A stretch of 64,000 nucleotides of DNA, taken from assembly GCA_964016885.1 (NCBI GenBank), contig OZ024743.1, positions 50,654,001 to 50,718,000 on the forward strand, in the 5' to 3' direction. Source of the stretch: Eledone cirrhosa. Taxonomy: Eukaryota. The position numbers and the translations under genes are program-made. Each line of letters begins with the position of its first letter. Positions within the stretch are counted from its first letter, which is position 1. Below are positions 1 through 12,044 of this stretch, one piece after another. The notes beneath the pieces are model-generated. The model was not told where the DNA came from. It made no database searches and saw only the letters and a list, made by a program, of their open reading frames with translations.

Positions 1-299
1 TGGATGTATTTATACACGTATTTATATATATATGTATCTATACATTTATAAATATATTAGCTGAATGACCCGGGTTACTGCTGTTCTTATTCAGATTAGT
101 AAACAATAAATATGAAGATATATTTTTTTCTCATAATTATTTCAAAATATCTATATTTTAAAAATATCAAAATTGTAACAGTAGGGGTAGTAACAGGAGT
201 GGCAGTGGGAGTAGCAACAGGAGTGGCAGTGGGAGTAGCAATAGGAGTGGCAGTGGGAACAACATCACCGCCGACACCACCACCACTCATATAAACTGC

Positions 300-835
300 T
301 TTTCATACCCAAGCATCTCTGTCTGCTTAATATGCTTTTATACCTGTATTGTATTATGTGATACCTTTGTCATACTGTGATATATATGCTTAGTACCATT
401 ACTTGTTTCTTACCTGGTTATTCTGTACATGCCTAATACCTCTGCACTCTTTCTATACGCTTGCATATGTACAGCTAATGTCCTCGTTTTGCGAGTATCT
501 TTCTTATCTTTGTCGCATCCACTGATACTAACCACATCATCTTCACTCTTTAAATATGACATTGTTAATGACAACACTAACATCTATGTATCTTTACGAT
601 TGTTCTGTGGAATAGGAGGTTAATATTATGTCTAAACTTTGCAAGTGCTCCGATGATTCCAAACTTTCGTTTGGAAGAAACGATTGTCAGCAATAAAATG
701 TTTTGAACATAGTTTTGATTATTCTGTAATTTATTTTCCGGCTCTGTAAAACATCTGATGTATTTACATTGAGCTATTTTTCTTACTGGTAATAAGGTGG
801 TAATGAATGACTGACTTTTCCTGTTTATAATTATA
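300..835 (+). mobile_element. Penelope-like element 3' UTR/pLTR remnant, same family as 44440-47490
   Basis: 646-700 and 735-800 resemble the reverse complement of 44470-44615; contains an HHR motif. Confidence 0.55.
646..692 (+). ncRNA. Type I hammerhead ribozyme motif (core variant CCGATGA)
   Basis: TGCT-CCGATGA-TTCCAAAC/GTTTGGAA-GAAA-CGATTG-TC-AGCA: stem I, 8-bp stem II, near-palindromic stem III, GUC site. Confidence 0.7.
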
Positions 836-859
836 TATAGTGTATATATAAGTATAAAT

Positions 860-949
860 AATTGTTTCTACTTTTGGCACAAGGCCAGCAATTACCCAGT
901 ACATTACTGGTACTTTATTTTATCGACCCCATAAGGATGAAAGGCAAAG

Positions 950-950
<1 letters not shown>
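860..950 (-). mobile_element. tRNA-derived SINE family A, 3' fragment
   Basis: Reverse complement of CTTTGCCTTTCATCCTTA.GGGGTCGATAAAATAAAGTACCAG...GCTGGCCTTGTGCCAAAAGTAGAAACAAT, shared by more than 12 copies in the window. Confidence 0.85.
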
Positions 951-1034
<84 letters not shown>

Positions 1035-1037
<3 letters not shown>

Positions 1038-1455
1038 GATATTAAATAAATGGAAACTATATTTATAAAACCATATTTATTTCATTATATATATTTCAGG
1101 GATATCATATTAAAAATATGGTATGCCTTCATCAGACAAAATACAATATAAACAGTCTTATAAATAGATAGATTTGACATACCTTACAACTTCAACTTCC
1201 ATTTTTGGAAGTTGAAGTTGTAAGGAATGTCAAATCTATCTATTTATAAGACTGTTTATATTGTATTTTGTCTGATGAAGGCATACCATATTTTTAATAT
1301 GATATCCCTGAAATATATATAATGAAATAAATATGGTTTTATAAATATAGTTTCCATTTATTTAATATCGTAAATATACTCCAAATACTTGTTGAGTGCT
1401 TTTATATCAGTTATAATTATTTACTTGTTGTAACCCAACAATTTAAATAAAACTT

Positions 1456-1459
<4 letters not shown>
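1035..1459. mobile_element. Fold-back HHR element (family F1) between (TA)n tracts
   Basis: Near-perfect palindrome ~1035-1372 centred ~1203, plus an unpaired tail; homologs at 25793-26160 and 52400-52740. Confidence 0.8.
1261..1331 (+). ncRNA. Type I HHR (mirror copy on the - strand at ~1075-1146)
   Basis: CTGATGA (1272-1278), stem II AGGCATACCATA/TATGATATCCCT, GAAA (1310-1313), TATATA-TA. Confidence 0.75.
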
Positions 1460-1486
<27 letters not shown>

Positions 1487-2050
1487 TTCTTATTTGCTAA
1501 ACCTTGATTATATATGTTCTGGCTCGTTAATTTATTAACTAGCCATTGAACCACATTGGCATATGGTTGGACAATACATGTGTCCCTGGACGCTTTTTGC
1601 GTGTAGGGATATATACTTTATTATTATTAATCTCCTCTTGGTCGAGAAAAAATTTGGTCGTTTTGACTGCTGCTATTTATAGTGATAGTAGACTGACCTC
1701 CCTGCCTCTGCTTCTATCTTTACACACGGCACTGGACAGAATTGTTTCCACATCATACATTCTCATCTCGGAAACAATTTTGAATAGCGCCAGTTCGTAA
1801 TTTGAACTCGAGAATTTTATATTCTCCGAGTGAAAAGAACCTTCTGACGAGAGTTTATCTTTAAAATGGAAGGCCGCAAGGACTGTCCATTTATTTTTGA
1901 GACTCGAAACCGATTCGGTAAAGGTAACCATAGTGAGTACAGTGAATTTTTTGAAATTTATTTTGAAACTTTTTCTTATTTGCTAAACCTTGATTATATA
2001 TGTTCTGGCTCGTTAATTTATTAACTAGCCATTGAACCACATTGGCATAT
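1487..2050 (+). mobile_element. 486-bp HHR-bearing monomer with ~77-bp terminal direct repeats (retrozyme-like family R1)
   Basis: TATTTGCTAAACCTTG...CCACATTGGCATAT at ~1487-1564 and ~1973-2050; diverged homolog at 20406-20910. Confidence 0.8.
1839..1925 (+). ncRNA. Type I HHR, intact core
   Basis: ACCTT-CTGACGA-GAGTTT...AGACTC-GAAA-CCGATTCGG-TA-AAGGT. Confidence 0.85.
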
Positions 2051-2319
2051 ATTGATGAATAAGGAGAAAATGAAATATATAGTATTACCTACAGCAATTT
2101 TTATCACTAAAAACTGTTTCGCTAGAGGATGTCTGAGGAAATAGTCCAGGTTGTTCGGTTCACAATCGTAAGATCCTCAGTTCGAATCGCGGTGAAATGT
2201 AATTTTTTGTCAAGTTGCTTCAATTCAAAAGAGTTGGACCTGTAATTCAATGACTGTGTCATGTCTACGCGAATCTCCTTCAGTATATATCTTTCTGATA
2301 TGATCAGTCACTTACCCTA

Positions 2320-2482
2320 TAATTGTTTCTACTTTTGGCACAAGGCCAGCAATTATCCCAGTGTATTACTGGTACTTTATTTTATCGACACCATAAGGAT
2401 GAAAGGCGGGATTTGAACTCAGACCATAAAGGGCCGTAACTCTATGCTGCAAAGCATGGCGTCAGACTCTCTACTGATACTG
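2320..2482 (-). mobile_element. SINE family A
   Basis: B-box (GAGTTCAAATCCC on - strand) plus the conserved body and tail. Confidence 0.85.
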
Positions 2483-2967
2483 AATACAAAATGAACTGTA
2501 CCTGTAATTCAAAGAGCCATCATTGTCACACTGAATCTCCACGAGAATTACGTTATGGCCACATGTGTCTGTGGAATGCTCAGCCATTTACAAATTAATT
2601 TCCTGTACAGGCTGTCGAGACAAGCGCAGATCCAACACACACACACATATACATATACATACACACACATAAATACAAACACAGGCACGCTAGCACACAC
2701 AAACATACATATTTATCTAGAAATGTATCGCATGGTGACACATTGAATAGAGGAAGAACACTAATCTATTAGTAAAGTATAACTTCATTGAAGATAATAT
2801 TGTCTGTATAATATCGATACGGCAGTATCGATATTATACAGTGAACAAAGCAATAAATAGGAAGATATTGTTGGTAACAGCGAGGTGAAATATGAACAAC
2901 AACTTAATTGTAAAATATCAAAGATAGAAAAATGCCAACGTTTTTGTAGTTTCTGATAATTCTTTAG

Positions 2968-3145
2968 AAAATTGTTTCTACTTTTGGCACAAGGCCAGCA
3001 ATTATCCCAGTGTATTACTGGTACTTTATTTTATCGACCCCGTAAGGATGAAAGGCAAATTTGAACGCAGATCATAAAGGGGTGTAACTCTATGCTGCAA
3101 AGCGTCCAACTCTCTACCGATACTGCCAATCCACCGTCCACCATA
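2968..3145 (-). mobile_element. SINE family A
   Basis: Near full-length match to the window consensus. Confidence 0.85.
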
Positions 3146-4104
3146 ATTCTTGAGAAAATGTTTGATTTATTTCACTGCTTTAAACAATACATTTACTGCT
3201 AATCCTTTGGATATTGTCTTGCTTTCTTTTGAGGACACTTCAGTTGCGTCGTTAATCTTCTTCTTTGAGATAAAGAAATCTTGGAATAATCTGTCAATAT
3301 TGTATATTTTGTTTTTTACAATCCTTCTATTGACAATTCTGAGAGAGTCTGCCGCAGTATCATATAATATTATCAATGGCCAATCCACCGACTATTGAAG
3401 AAATCAAAAAGGCAACCGCACAGGTAATGCCCTGGGGTTAGATAAAATTCCAGTCGAATTATTGAAAGCTGGAAGAGTCCACATATCATCGGCTATCCAT
3501 GTATTTCTCGTGAAATGTTGGGAACACTAATACCACATGACGGGGTTGATGGAATCTCGATCACCATCTAAAATGGTTAAGGAAAATAATCCAATTATAA
3601 CAACTTTCGTGAGATTACAATTCTGAAGTCTGTTGAAAAAGTAATATTTTGGCTGATGCTAAATCGCCTTTCAGAAAGTATATGTCCATTGATTCTCTCA
3701 GAAGTTCAATCTGGAAGGTGAGCAATGGATATGATCTCAATTAGACAGCTGCAGGAAAAATACATAGAACAGTACATACCTTTGTATCAAGTTTTTTTTT
3801 ATCAACTTTTGATACAGTCTACAGAGAAATCTTATGGATCATTCTTAGTAAATTGAATGTCTACAAACAATTTTGCAGATCTTCAAACAACTACATCAAG
3901 ACATGAAGGCCAGGGTTGTATTTAATGGAAAACTCTCGGAAGAAATTTCTGTGGACAACGGTGTTAAGCAAGGGGACATTCCTGCTCCAAAACTATTTGC
4001 AATATACCTTACCGTTCTCCTTGTTTATGCATTCCATAACTGTAATCGAGGCAGAAATACTCGTTTTCGAACATCTGGGCGAGTCTTTAATTGAAGATTT
4101 AATA

Positions 4105-4312
4105 ATGGTTTCTTGTATAGGCACAAGGCCAGCAATTTGGGGGAGGGGGAAAGTGGATTAAATCGACCCCAGTACGTGACTGGTACTTCATTTTATCGAC
4201 CCCGTAAGGATGAAAGGCAAAGTTAACCCCGACGGGATTTGAACTCAGACCATAAAGGGCAGTAAATCTATGCTGCAAAGCATGGCGTCCGACCCTCGAT
4301 CGATACTGCCAA
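4105..4312 (-). mobile_element. SINE family A inserted in the RTE
   Basis: Matches the SINE consensus; RT reading resumes after it. Confidence 0.85.
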
Positions 4313-4475
4313 TTCAAATTGGTGACATTCAATGTGTTGATCCGAGAACTTTCGTATGCTGATGACTTTGTTGCACACTCAGAAGCAGACATGCAGTACA
4401 CGATGGATACATTTTCTGAAGCATCTGCTCTTTTGGGGATCACTGTAAACTTAACTACGACCATGATAACCTTAT

Positions 4476-4550
<75 letters not shown>

Positions 4551-4639
4551 CAGCTCACACCTATGCAGGTTTAGGTGACCTCCTCCAAGGTATATCTCGT
4601 TGGAGGTGTCTTGGGTAATTTAATGATAGGGACCTCAGT

Positions 4640-4795
4640 CCTATCATCTCATTTCTACAGCTGAGTAAACTGGCGCAATGTGAAATAAAGTGTCTTGCTC
4701 AAGGAAACAACACATCACCCGGTCTGAGAATTAAACTCACAACCTTTCGATTGCAAGCCCAATGCTCTAACCACTAAGCAATGCGCCTTCACATG
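4640..4795 (-). mobile_element. tRNA-derived SINE family B (CORE-like)
   Basis: Minus strand has a tRNA-like head and CTTGAGCAAGACACTT; homolog at 42565-42835. Confidence 0.65.
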
Positions 4796-5030
4796 AAAAC
4801 CTTATGTTGGGCCAAATATATATGTGAATAGGATTACATTGGTGGGGGGGCGGATGTTCTGTGTATCTGGGTAGTACTCTGTTGAGGGAGGGGGGGGTAG
4901 ATACAGAAATACATCTTCGAGTACAGAAGGCAAGTGCTGCCTTTAGAAAGTTGGTGAAAAGGTTGTGGTCAGTCAGAGACATAACACGGGTGTGGTCAGA
5001 CAGACATAACAAGAGTGTGGTGTATGTATG

Positions 5031-6380
5031 TTCTTCTGGTTTTATAATTTCATAAATGTTTCCCAATAAAGAGAGAGTCGGTTTCTAACATAGATACAAG
5101 ACTCTCTCATTGGAATTTACACAACATCAACTAGGTAGATATGTATGTCTGCATGTGTAGATATGTATGTTATTGTATGTGTGGATGTCGATGTTTTGAG
5201 TTGTATGTGTTCATGTGTATATGCTTTGTATCTGTACATGTGTATATGCAGTTATTAGATGCAACATTTTTGGAATGTTTTACATATTTTTACTGTTCCA
5301 TTAATGGATTGTACTTGTAATTTCCTAACTAGTTGTGTTCTTTCTGTTCCTGTGAAGCCCAGCTTCTCAAGATTTGTATTGAGACAGTTACTAACATATC
5401 CCACTGCCCCAATAATCGCAGGCATAAATCTGAAGGTATAGTGAGGGTGGAGTATCTGCAGATTTCTCATTAGTTCTGCATAGATATTCTCCTTTTCGCT
5501 AATCTTTGATATTATATTGGCATCTGCTGGACAGCTAACTTCCACTACTGTGCATGCCTTCTTCTCCCTGTCCCATATCGTTATATTTGGTCTGTTATGC
5601 TTGCATTTTATTAGGAATTTGACTGGAACATTCCACCAGTACTCTTTCATATTATGTATATGTATGTCTTCCACATTGCTGTAGCTTTTAATGTGTTTAT
5701 TATCAGGGCTATCTTTTCTTCGGATTGCATTGTACAGTGTTTTGGCAACTTCATCATGCCTCATAGGTAGATAGCACCATGGTGACATCTTTCGACAGCT
5801 ACTTATGACATAGGTGATATCTTCAATGTTAATTCTGCAGAGTCTGTACTTGTCACATCTCGGTGTTTTGCCTGTATCTCTATCTCTTTTGAGTATCAGG
5901 CATTTCGTGTTGATTTCCTGTTATTGGATTGCAAAAGCGTATCCTTCAAAGTGGGAGCCAATGACAGGATAAATAACCGCACAGAGCGACTGTCTCCTTG
6001 AAATATACCCCTGTGATATTCTATTTTATCAGTGAAAATAGAGTCCCCCTTCTCTGTTTTTAACTTTAGGCTAGTAGGCCAAGAAGAAGACAGCTTCTCT
6101 ATGGCTCTGATAATAATGTTTGGGACTTTAGCAAGTTGGAGGGCCTCTATCATCCAAGAGTGGGGAACAGAATCAAAAGCTTTCCTATAGTCCAACCAGA
6201 CTGTAGCCATATTCCTCCTAAGTTGTCGCACCTCCGACATCGCAGTTTTGTTGATTAGGAGTTGTTCAGCACATCCCCAAGCCCCTTTCTTTCCAGCTGC
6301 TTGTTCATCTGTGATGATGTTATTATTTTCACAGTGATCTTGGAGAAATAGGTTCAGGCAGGCCGTATACATCTTATCCG
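5031..6380 (-). mobile_element. 5'-truncated, internally deleted R4/Dong-type RLE non-LTR retrotransposon
   Basis: RT motifs (EQAAGKKGAWGCAEQLLI, WLDYRKAFDSVPH, RGIFQGD), CCHC-type knuckle, RHD and RP(N)I...VEVSCP restriction-like endonuclease motifs. Confidence 0.85.
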
Positions 6381-6903
6381 TGTGTATGTATGTATGTATG
6401 TATGTATGTATGTATGTATGTATGTATGTATGTATGTATGTATGTATGTATGTATGCATGCATGTATGTATGTATGTATGTATGTATGTATGTATGTATG
6501 TATGTATGTATGCATGCATGTATGTATGTATGTATGTATGTATGTATGTATGTATGTATGTATGCATGCATGCATGCATGTATGTATGTATGTATGTATG
6601 TATGTATGTATGTATGTATGTATGTATGTATGTATGCATGCATGCATGTATGTATGTATGTATGTATGTATGTATGTATGTATGTATGTATGTATGTATG
6701 TATGTATGCATGCATGTATGTATGTATGTATGTATGTATGTATGTATGTATGTATGCATGCATGCATGCATGTATGTATGTATGTATGTATGTATGTATG
6801 TATGTATGTATGTATGTATGCATGCATGCATGCATGTATGCATGTATGTATGTATGTATGTATGTATGTATGTATGTATGTATGTATGTATGTATGTATG
6901 TAT
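6381..6903. repeat. (TATG)n microsatellite with periodic CATG variants
   Basis: Direct reading. Confidence 0.97.
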
Positions 6904-7250
6904 TTTGTGTGCTCTCTTCTCTTCTTTATGCCTGTGAGACCTGGGTAACATATCGACACCACCTTAAGCAATTGGAGCGTTTCCATCAGATGTGTCTCAG
7001 ACGGATCCATGGCCTTCACTGGAGGGACCACATCAGTGATGTCGAGATTTTGGAAAGCTCTCTGTGTGACAGTATAGAAGCTCTTGTGCTTAAGCAAAGA
7101 CTCCGTTGGAGTGGTCACCTTGCCAGGATGAAGGATTCTAGAATACCAAAACAACTCTTTTATGGAGAGTTAGTTAAAGGAAAACGACCTCGACATAAAC
7201 CAAAAAAGAGGTATAAGGATTCCTTGAAAGCCTCTTTGAAACCTGTTTGG
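6904..7250 (+). pseudogene. 3' continuation of the RTE LINE from 3380-5030
   Basis: LLYACETW..LERFHQMCLRRI..RLRWSGHLARMKDSRIPKQLFYGEL..GKRPR..KRYKD. Confidence 0.9.
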
Positions 7251-7624
7251 TATTAAGCACGTGTATAAGAACTCAATTGGAAATTTAAAAGAATAACCAC
7301 ATGCATACACAACTAATTCACACACAGAGATATTAAAATATAATAAATATATGCATGGATCACCCATATATACATATAGCTATTCTCTAAGGCTAAATCA
7401 GACATGGGATATAAGGAAGATCAATCAGTATCTCATATAAAAAATAATAATAATAATAAAGAGAGTCATACCTTATATCTGGAATCCGCATCATGCTCCC
7501 AAGAGTATATATTCAATACATAAAGAGAGAAAGCCTTAAGCAATACTCCGACCAACTCCATATATATATATATATATATATACATAGACAGACACACATA
7601 TATATACATATATATATATAGACA

Positions 7625-7724
<100 letters not shown>

Positions 7725-7871
7725 ACCAAAGATTAATATGGTTCGTTGATTACTCAACGAATACAGTTTTACAATAGATTAGAAGCACTCAACAGTATTG
7801 GTTTCCTGGAGTTTTTAATATTATTCAAAATGTTAACAAATGAAAAATATTCGCATAATCAAAATATATAC

Positions 7872-7935
7872 TTTATTATATATATTTCAAAGGTATTGTG
7901 CTGTTTTTTTCAGTACGTCCTCATCAGACAAAATA
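7872..7935 (-). ncRNA. Type I HHR motif (family F2), partly decayed
   Basis: Minus strand CTGATGA-GGACGTACTG...CAATACCTTT-GAAA-TATATA-TA; homologs at 25479, 26645, 36055, 36217. Confidence 0.6.
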
Positions 7936-8049
7936 TATGATTTGATATATGACATACCGCTACGTTCTTGATTATTCAATTCCAGTATTGGCAGTGATTT
8001 ATTTCATCAAATCTCAACGTTTTTTATACCACGAATAATATGATAAACT

Positions 8050-8358
<309 letters not shown>

Positions 8359-8609
8359 GGAATGGGAAACATAATAAATGAGATCAGTAGGGGACAGGAT
8401 GTGAGAGGGAGAATATTTCTTGTACGGTCAAGATGACATAACTCTTGCCTCCTCCTTCCACACTTTCTCACTTGCTTCATTTCCTCATTTACCTCCCATT
8501 AATTCATGCTTCCTCCCCTTCCTTTCCTCTACCCTCTCCCAAACAACAACATCCAGTCGCTTCAGCCGCCATTTCTCAACACGTGTTATCCATTACGACA
8601 TTGACTTAC

Positions 8610-9955
8610 TGGTGGTGGTGGTGGTGGTGGTGATGTTGCTGGTAGTGGTTGTGGTGGTGGTGATGGAGGTGGTGGTCATGGAGTTGGTGGTGGTGGTGGT
8701 GGTGGTGGTGGTGGTGGTGGTGGTGGTGGTGGTGGTGGTGATGGTGGTGGTGGTGGTGGTGGAGTTGGTGGTGGTGGTGGTGATGTTGGTGGTAGTGGTT
8801 GTGGTGGTGGTGGTGGTGATGTTGTTGGTGGTGGTGGTGGTGGTGGTGATGGTGATGTTGGTGGTAGTGGTTGTAGTGGTGGTAATGGTGGTGGTGGAGT
8901 TGGTGGTGGTGGTGGTAGTGGTTGTAGTGGGGGTGATGGTGGTAGTGGTGGTGGTGATGGTGGTGGTAGTGGTTGTAGTGGTGGTGGAGTTGGTGGTGGT
9001 GGTGGTGGAGTTGGTGGTAGTGGTTGTAGTGGTGGTGATGGTGGTGGTGGTGGTGGTGATATTGGTGGTAGTGGTTGTAGTGGTGGTGATGGTGGTGGTG
9101 GTATTGGTGGTGGTGATAGTGGTATTGGTGGTGGTGCTGGTGGTGGTGGTGGTGATGGTGTTGGTGGTAGTGGTTGTAGTGGTGGTGATGGTGGTGATTG
9201 TAGTGGTGGTGGTGGTGGTGGTGGTAGTGGTTGTAGTGGTGGTGGTGTTGGTGATTGTAGTGGTGGTGGTGGTGGTGGTGGTGGTGGTGGTGGTGGTGGT
9301 GGTGGTGGTGGTGATGTTAGTGGTAATGGTGGTGGTGGTGATGGTGCTGGTGGTGGTGGTGGTGATGGTGCTGGTGGTGGTGGTAGTGGTAATGGCTGTA
9401 GTGGTGGTGATGGTGGTGATGGTGGTGGTGGTGGTGTTGGTGATTGTAGTGGTGGTGGTGGTGGTGGTGGTGGTGGTAGTGGTATGGTGATTGTAGTGGT
9501 GGTGGTGGTGGTGGTGGTGGTAGTGGTGGTGGTGGTGGTAGTGGTGGTGGTGGTTGTGGTGGTGGTTGTGGTCGTGGTGGTGGTGGTGGTGGTAATGGTT
9601 GTAGTGGTGGTGAGGGTGGTGATGGTGGTGGTGGTGGTGGTGGTGGTGATTGTAGTGGTGGTGGTGGTGGTGGTTGTGGTGGTGATGTTGGTGGTAGTGG
9701 TGGTGGTGTTGGTGGTGGTGGTGATTGTAGTGGTGGTGGTGGTGGTGGTGGTACGGGTAGTTGTGGTGGTGGTAGTTGTGATGGTGGGTCGGGTAGTTGT
9801 GGTGGTGGTACGGGTAGTTGTGGTGGTGGTGGTAGTTGTGGTGGTATGGGTAGTTGTGGTGGTGGTGGTACAGGTAGTTGTGGTGGTACGGGTATTTGTG
9901 GTGGTGGTGGTACGGGTAGTTGTGGTGGTATGGGTAGTTGTGGTGGTGGTAGTTG
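8610..9955. repeat. Degenerate (GGT)n trinucleotide array
   Basis: Direct reading; produces spurious poly-V/T/P ORFs. Confidence 0.95.
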
Positions 9956-10488
9956 ACTGATTGCAGTGGAAAAAGTGAAGGAAAAGAAATAAGGTTTCTG
10001 TTGAGATATAAACTGATGAAAGGAGAGGGATGAGGGGGAGGGAGATGAAATGCTGATAGTGTAGTTTATAGGGGGGGGGGGGGTTGACGCTTGTTACACT
10101 GTCTGACATGACAGGGTCTGTTGTAGGGTGGGAAAGGGGAGGATTTTTGGCAGTGAATTAAGAGGCAATGGTGAATGTGTTGTGTCAGGTCAAATGTACT
10201 TGTGTCACACTTGGCCGAGGTCAGCTTGACCTTCTTTCTTTCCTTGAACGGCCAATAAAATATATGTCCGCCATAAATTACACCAAAAAAATTAATATGT
10301 CCTTGATGAGGAGTTACAGTAGCGAACTTTTAAGTTGGATGGTTTCAGGTTCAGTTCTATTTCCTTACTAACCATAGTCCTTCGTCACAAGTACGGTCAA
10401 CAGATTGGGGTGTCGCTGGTGTCGTCAACGTGACTAACCCAGGAGTTCATTAAATTTGTCTTAAAATTTAATCAGTCCTTATATATTA

Positions 10489-11285
10489 TTCTTCTTCTTC
10501 TTCTTCTTCTTCTTCTTCTTCTTCTTCTTCTTCTTCTTCTTCTTCTTCTTCTTCTTCTTCTTCTTCTTCTTCTTCTTCTTCTTCTTCTTCTTCTTCTTCT
10601 TCTTCTTCTTCTTCTTCTTCTTCTTCTTCTTCCTGAGAGGGTCATGGGGGCAGAGTCCTCAAACACTCCTTCCAAGGGGTCCTGTCAGAAGCAACCATCT
10701 CCAATTGCTCCGGCTGGATCCCCAAGTGAGACCAGCCAAATTCATGGATGTTATCCAACCATTTTGCTCGGGATCTACCCCTGGGTCTCCTACCAGTTGG
10801 TTTTGCCCATAAAATCTGTCCAGCAATTCTTTCCAGAGACATCCTAACAACATGTCCATAGTATCTGGGTTGTGATCTCTCAATTCAGAGCAGTACCGGC
10901 TCTATCTGGAGTGACTCTGTGATCTCTGAGCTAAGCACTCTATCGAGTAACGTTACTTCAAAAACCCTTCAGAGGAACCCCATTTCGGCCGCTTGTATTC
11001 GCGATCGTATTTTTTCGGTCATTACCCAAGGTTCATGACCATAGGTAAGGAGTGGCATGAATAGCGAATTGGAGATAGTGAGTTGGAAATAGCAAGATTG
11101 GTTTTTACTCGGTTCTGCATTACTGCCCTAGCACCTGCAATTCTTGCCCTTAATTCAACCTCTTGACTTTCATCACTCATGAACACGGCCCCGAGATACT
11201 TGAACTTCTCCACCTACTTCAGATGTAGAGTGCAGGCTTCCTTGAGGGGACGACTGTCTCAGTTTTCACAGCACTGATTTTCATA
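10489..11285 (-). mobile_element. 5'-truncated RTE-clade LINE 3' end with (GAA)n tail
   Basis: EKFKYLGAVF, KPTGRRPRGRSRAKWLDNI; ends in the (TTC)n tract 10489-10632. Confidence 0.8.
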
Positions 11286-11294
11286 TATTATTTA

Positions 11295-11485
11295 CGGCGG
11301 TGGATTGGCAGTATCGGTAGAGGGTCGGACGCCATGCTTTGACACATAGAGTTACGACCTTTTATGGTCTGAGTTAATTCCCGCCGAGGTTAACTTTGCC
11401 TTTCATCCTTACAGGGTCGATAAAATGAAGTACCAGTAATATACTGATTTGATTGCTGGCCTTGTGCCAAAAGTAGAAACAATTA
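11295..11485 (+). mobile_element. SINE family A, full length
   Basis: A-box-like TGGCAGTATCGG, B-box-like GAGTTAATTCCC, conserved body, (ATT)n tail. Confidence 0.9.
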
Positions 11486-11536
11486 TTATTATTATTATTG
11501 TTGTTATTATCTGTTATTATTATTATTATTGTTGTC

Positions 11537-11732
11537 AGGGCAGTGGATTGGCAGTATTGATAGAGTGTCAGACGTCATGCTTTGCAGCATAGAGTTATGG
11601 CCCTTAACGTTCTGAGTTCAAATCCCGCTACGGTTAGCTTTGCTTTTCATCCTTCCGGGGTCTATGAAATAAAGTAGCAGTATTACACTGGGATAATTGC
11701 TGGCCTTGTGCCAAATGTAGAAACAATTATTT
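11537..11732 (+). mobile_element. SINE family A, full length
   Basis: As above, with B-box GAGTTCAAATCCC. Confidence 0.9.
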
Positions 11733-12044
11733 ATGGTGGCAAAAATAATTCACAACTGACCAACCAATATGATGTTCGTGAGACGTTACAGAGACCAACC
11801 TTTAAACTGAAGAGTTGTCGGCTCTTGTCTGTCTAGACAAAACACTGTAATGTGGACTATATTTTACAACAATTAGTTGGAAGCAGGTCAGGTAAGAAAA
11901 GACAGAGAATGAGAAGCAAAGAGAGAAGAAAGGAAGAGTAGCGTTCTTCTCTCTTTAATCGCCGTGTCGGTATTTTATACTGTGTAAAGACACCTATAAA
12001 CATTTACTCATATTGTTTGTTTTTAAAGACACTGACTTCATTAC

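Larger units (their letters stand above)
3380..5030 (+). pseudogene. Decayed RTE-clade LINE ORF2 (RT), interrupted by SINEs and (TG)n
   Basis: Fragments QLHQDMKARV..GVKQGDIPAPKLFAIYL, RELSYADD, YLGSTL..EIHLRVQKASAAFRKL with many stops and frameshifts. Confidence 0.85.

Noticed and set aside
1677-1931. Small minus-strand ORF, with a homolog at 20450-20779
   Set aside because: Reading frame is not conserved between the two copies, whereas the plus-strand RNA structure is
8420-10109. Poly-Val/Pro/Thr ORFs
   Set aside because: Artefact of the (GGT)n repeat
11295-11400. tRNA gene
   Set aside because: A/B boxes belong to a SINE head; no cloverleaf
11760-11898. Possible host exon ending in CAG/GTAAG
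   Set aside because: No recognisable coding similarity or partner exons; the motif is expected by chance
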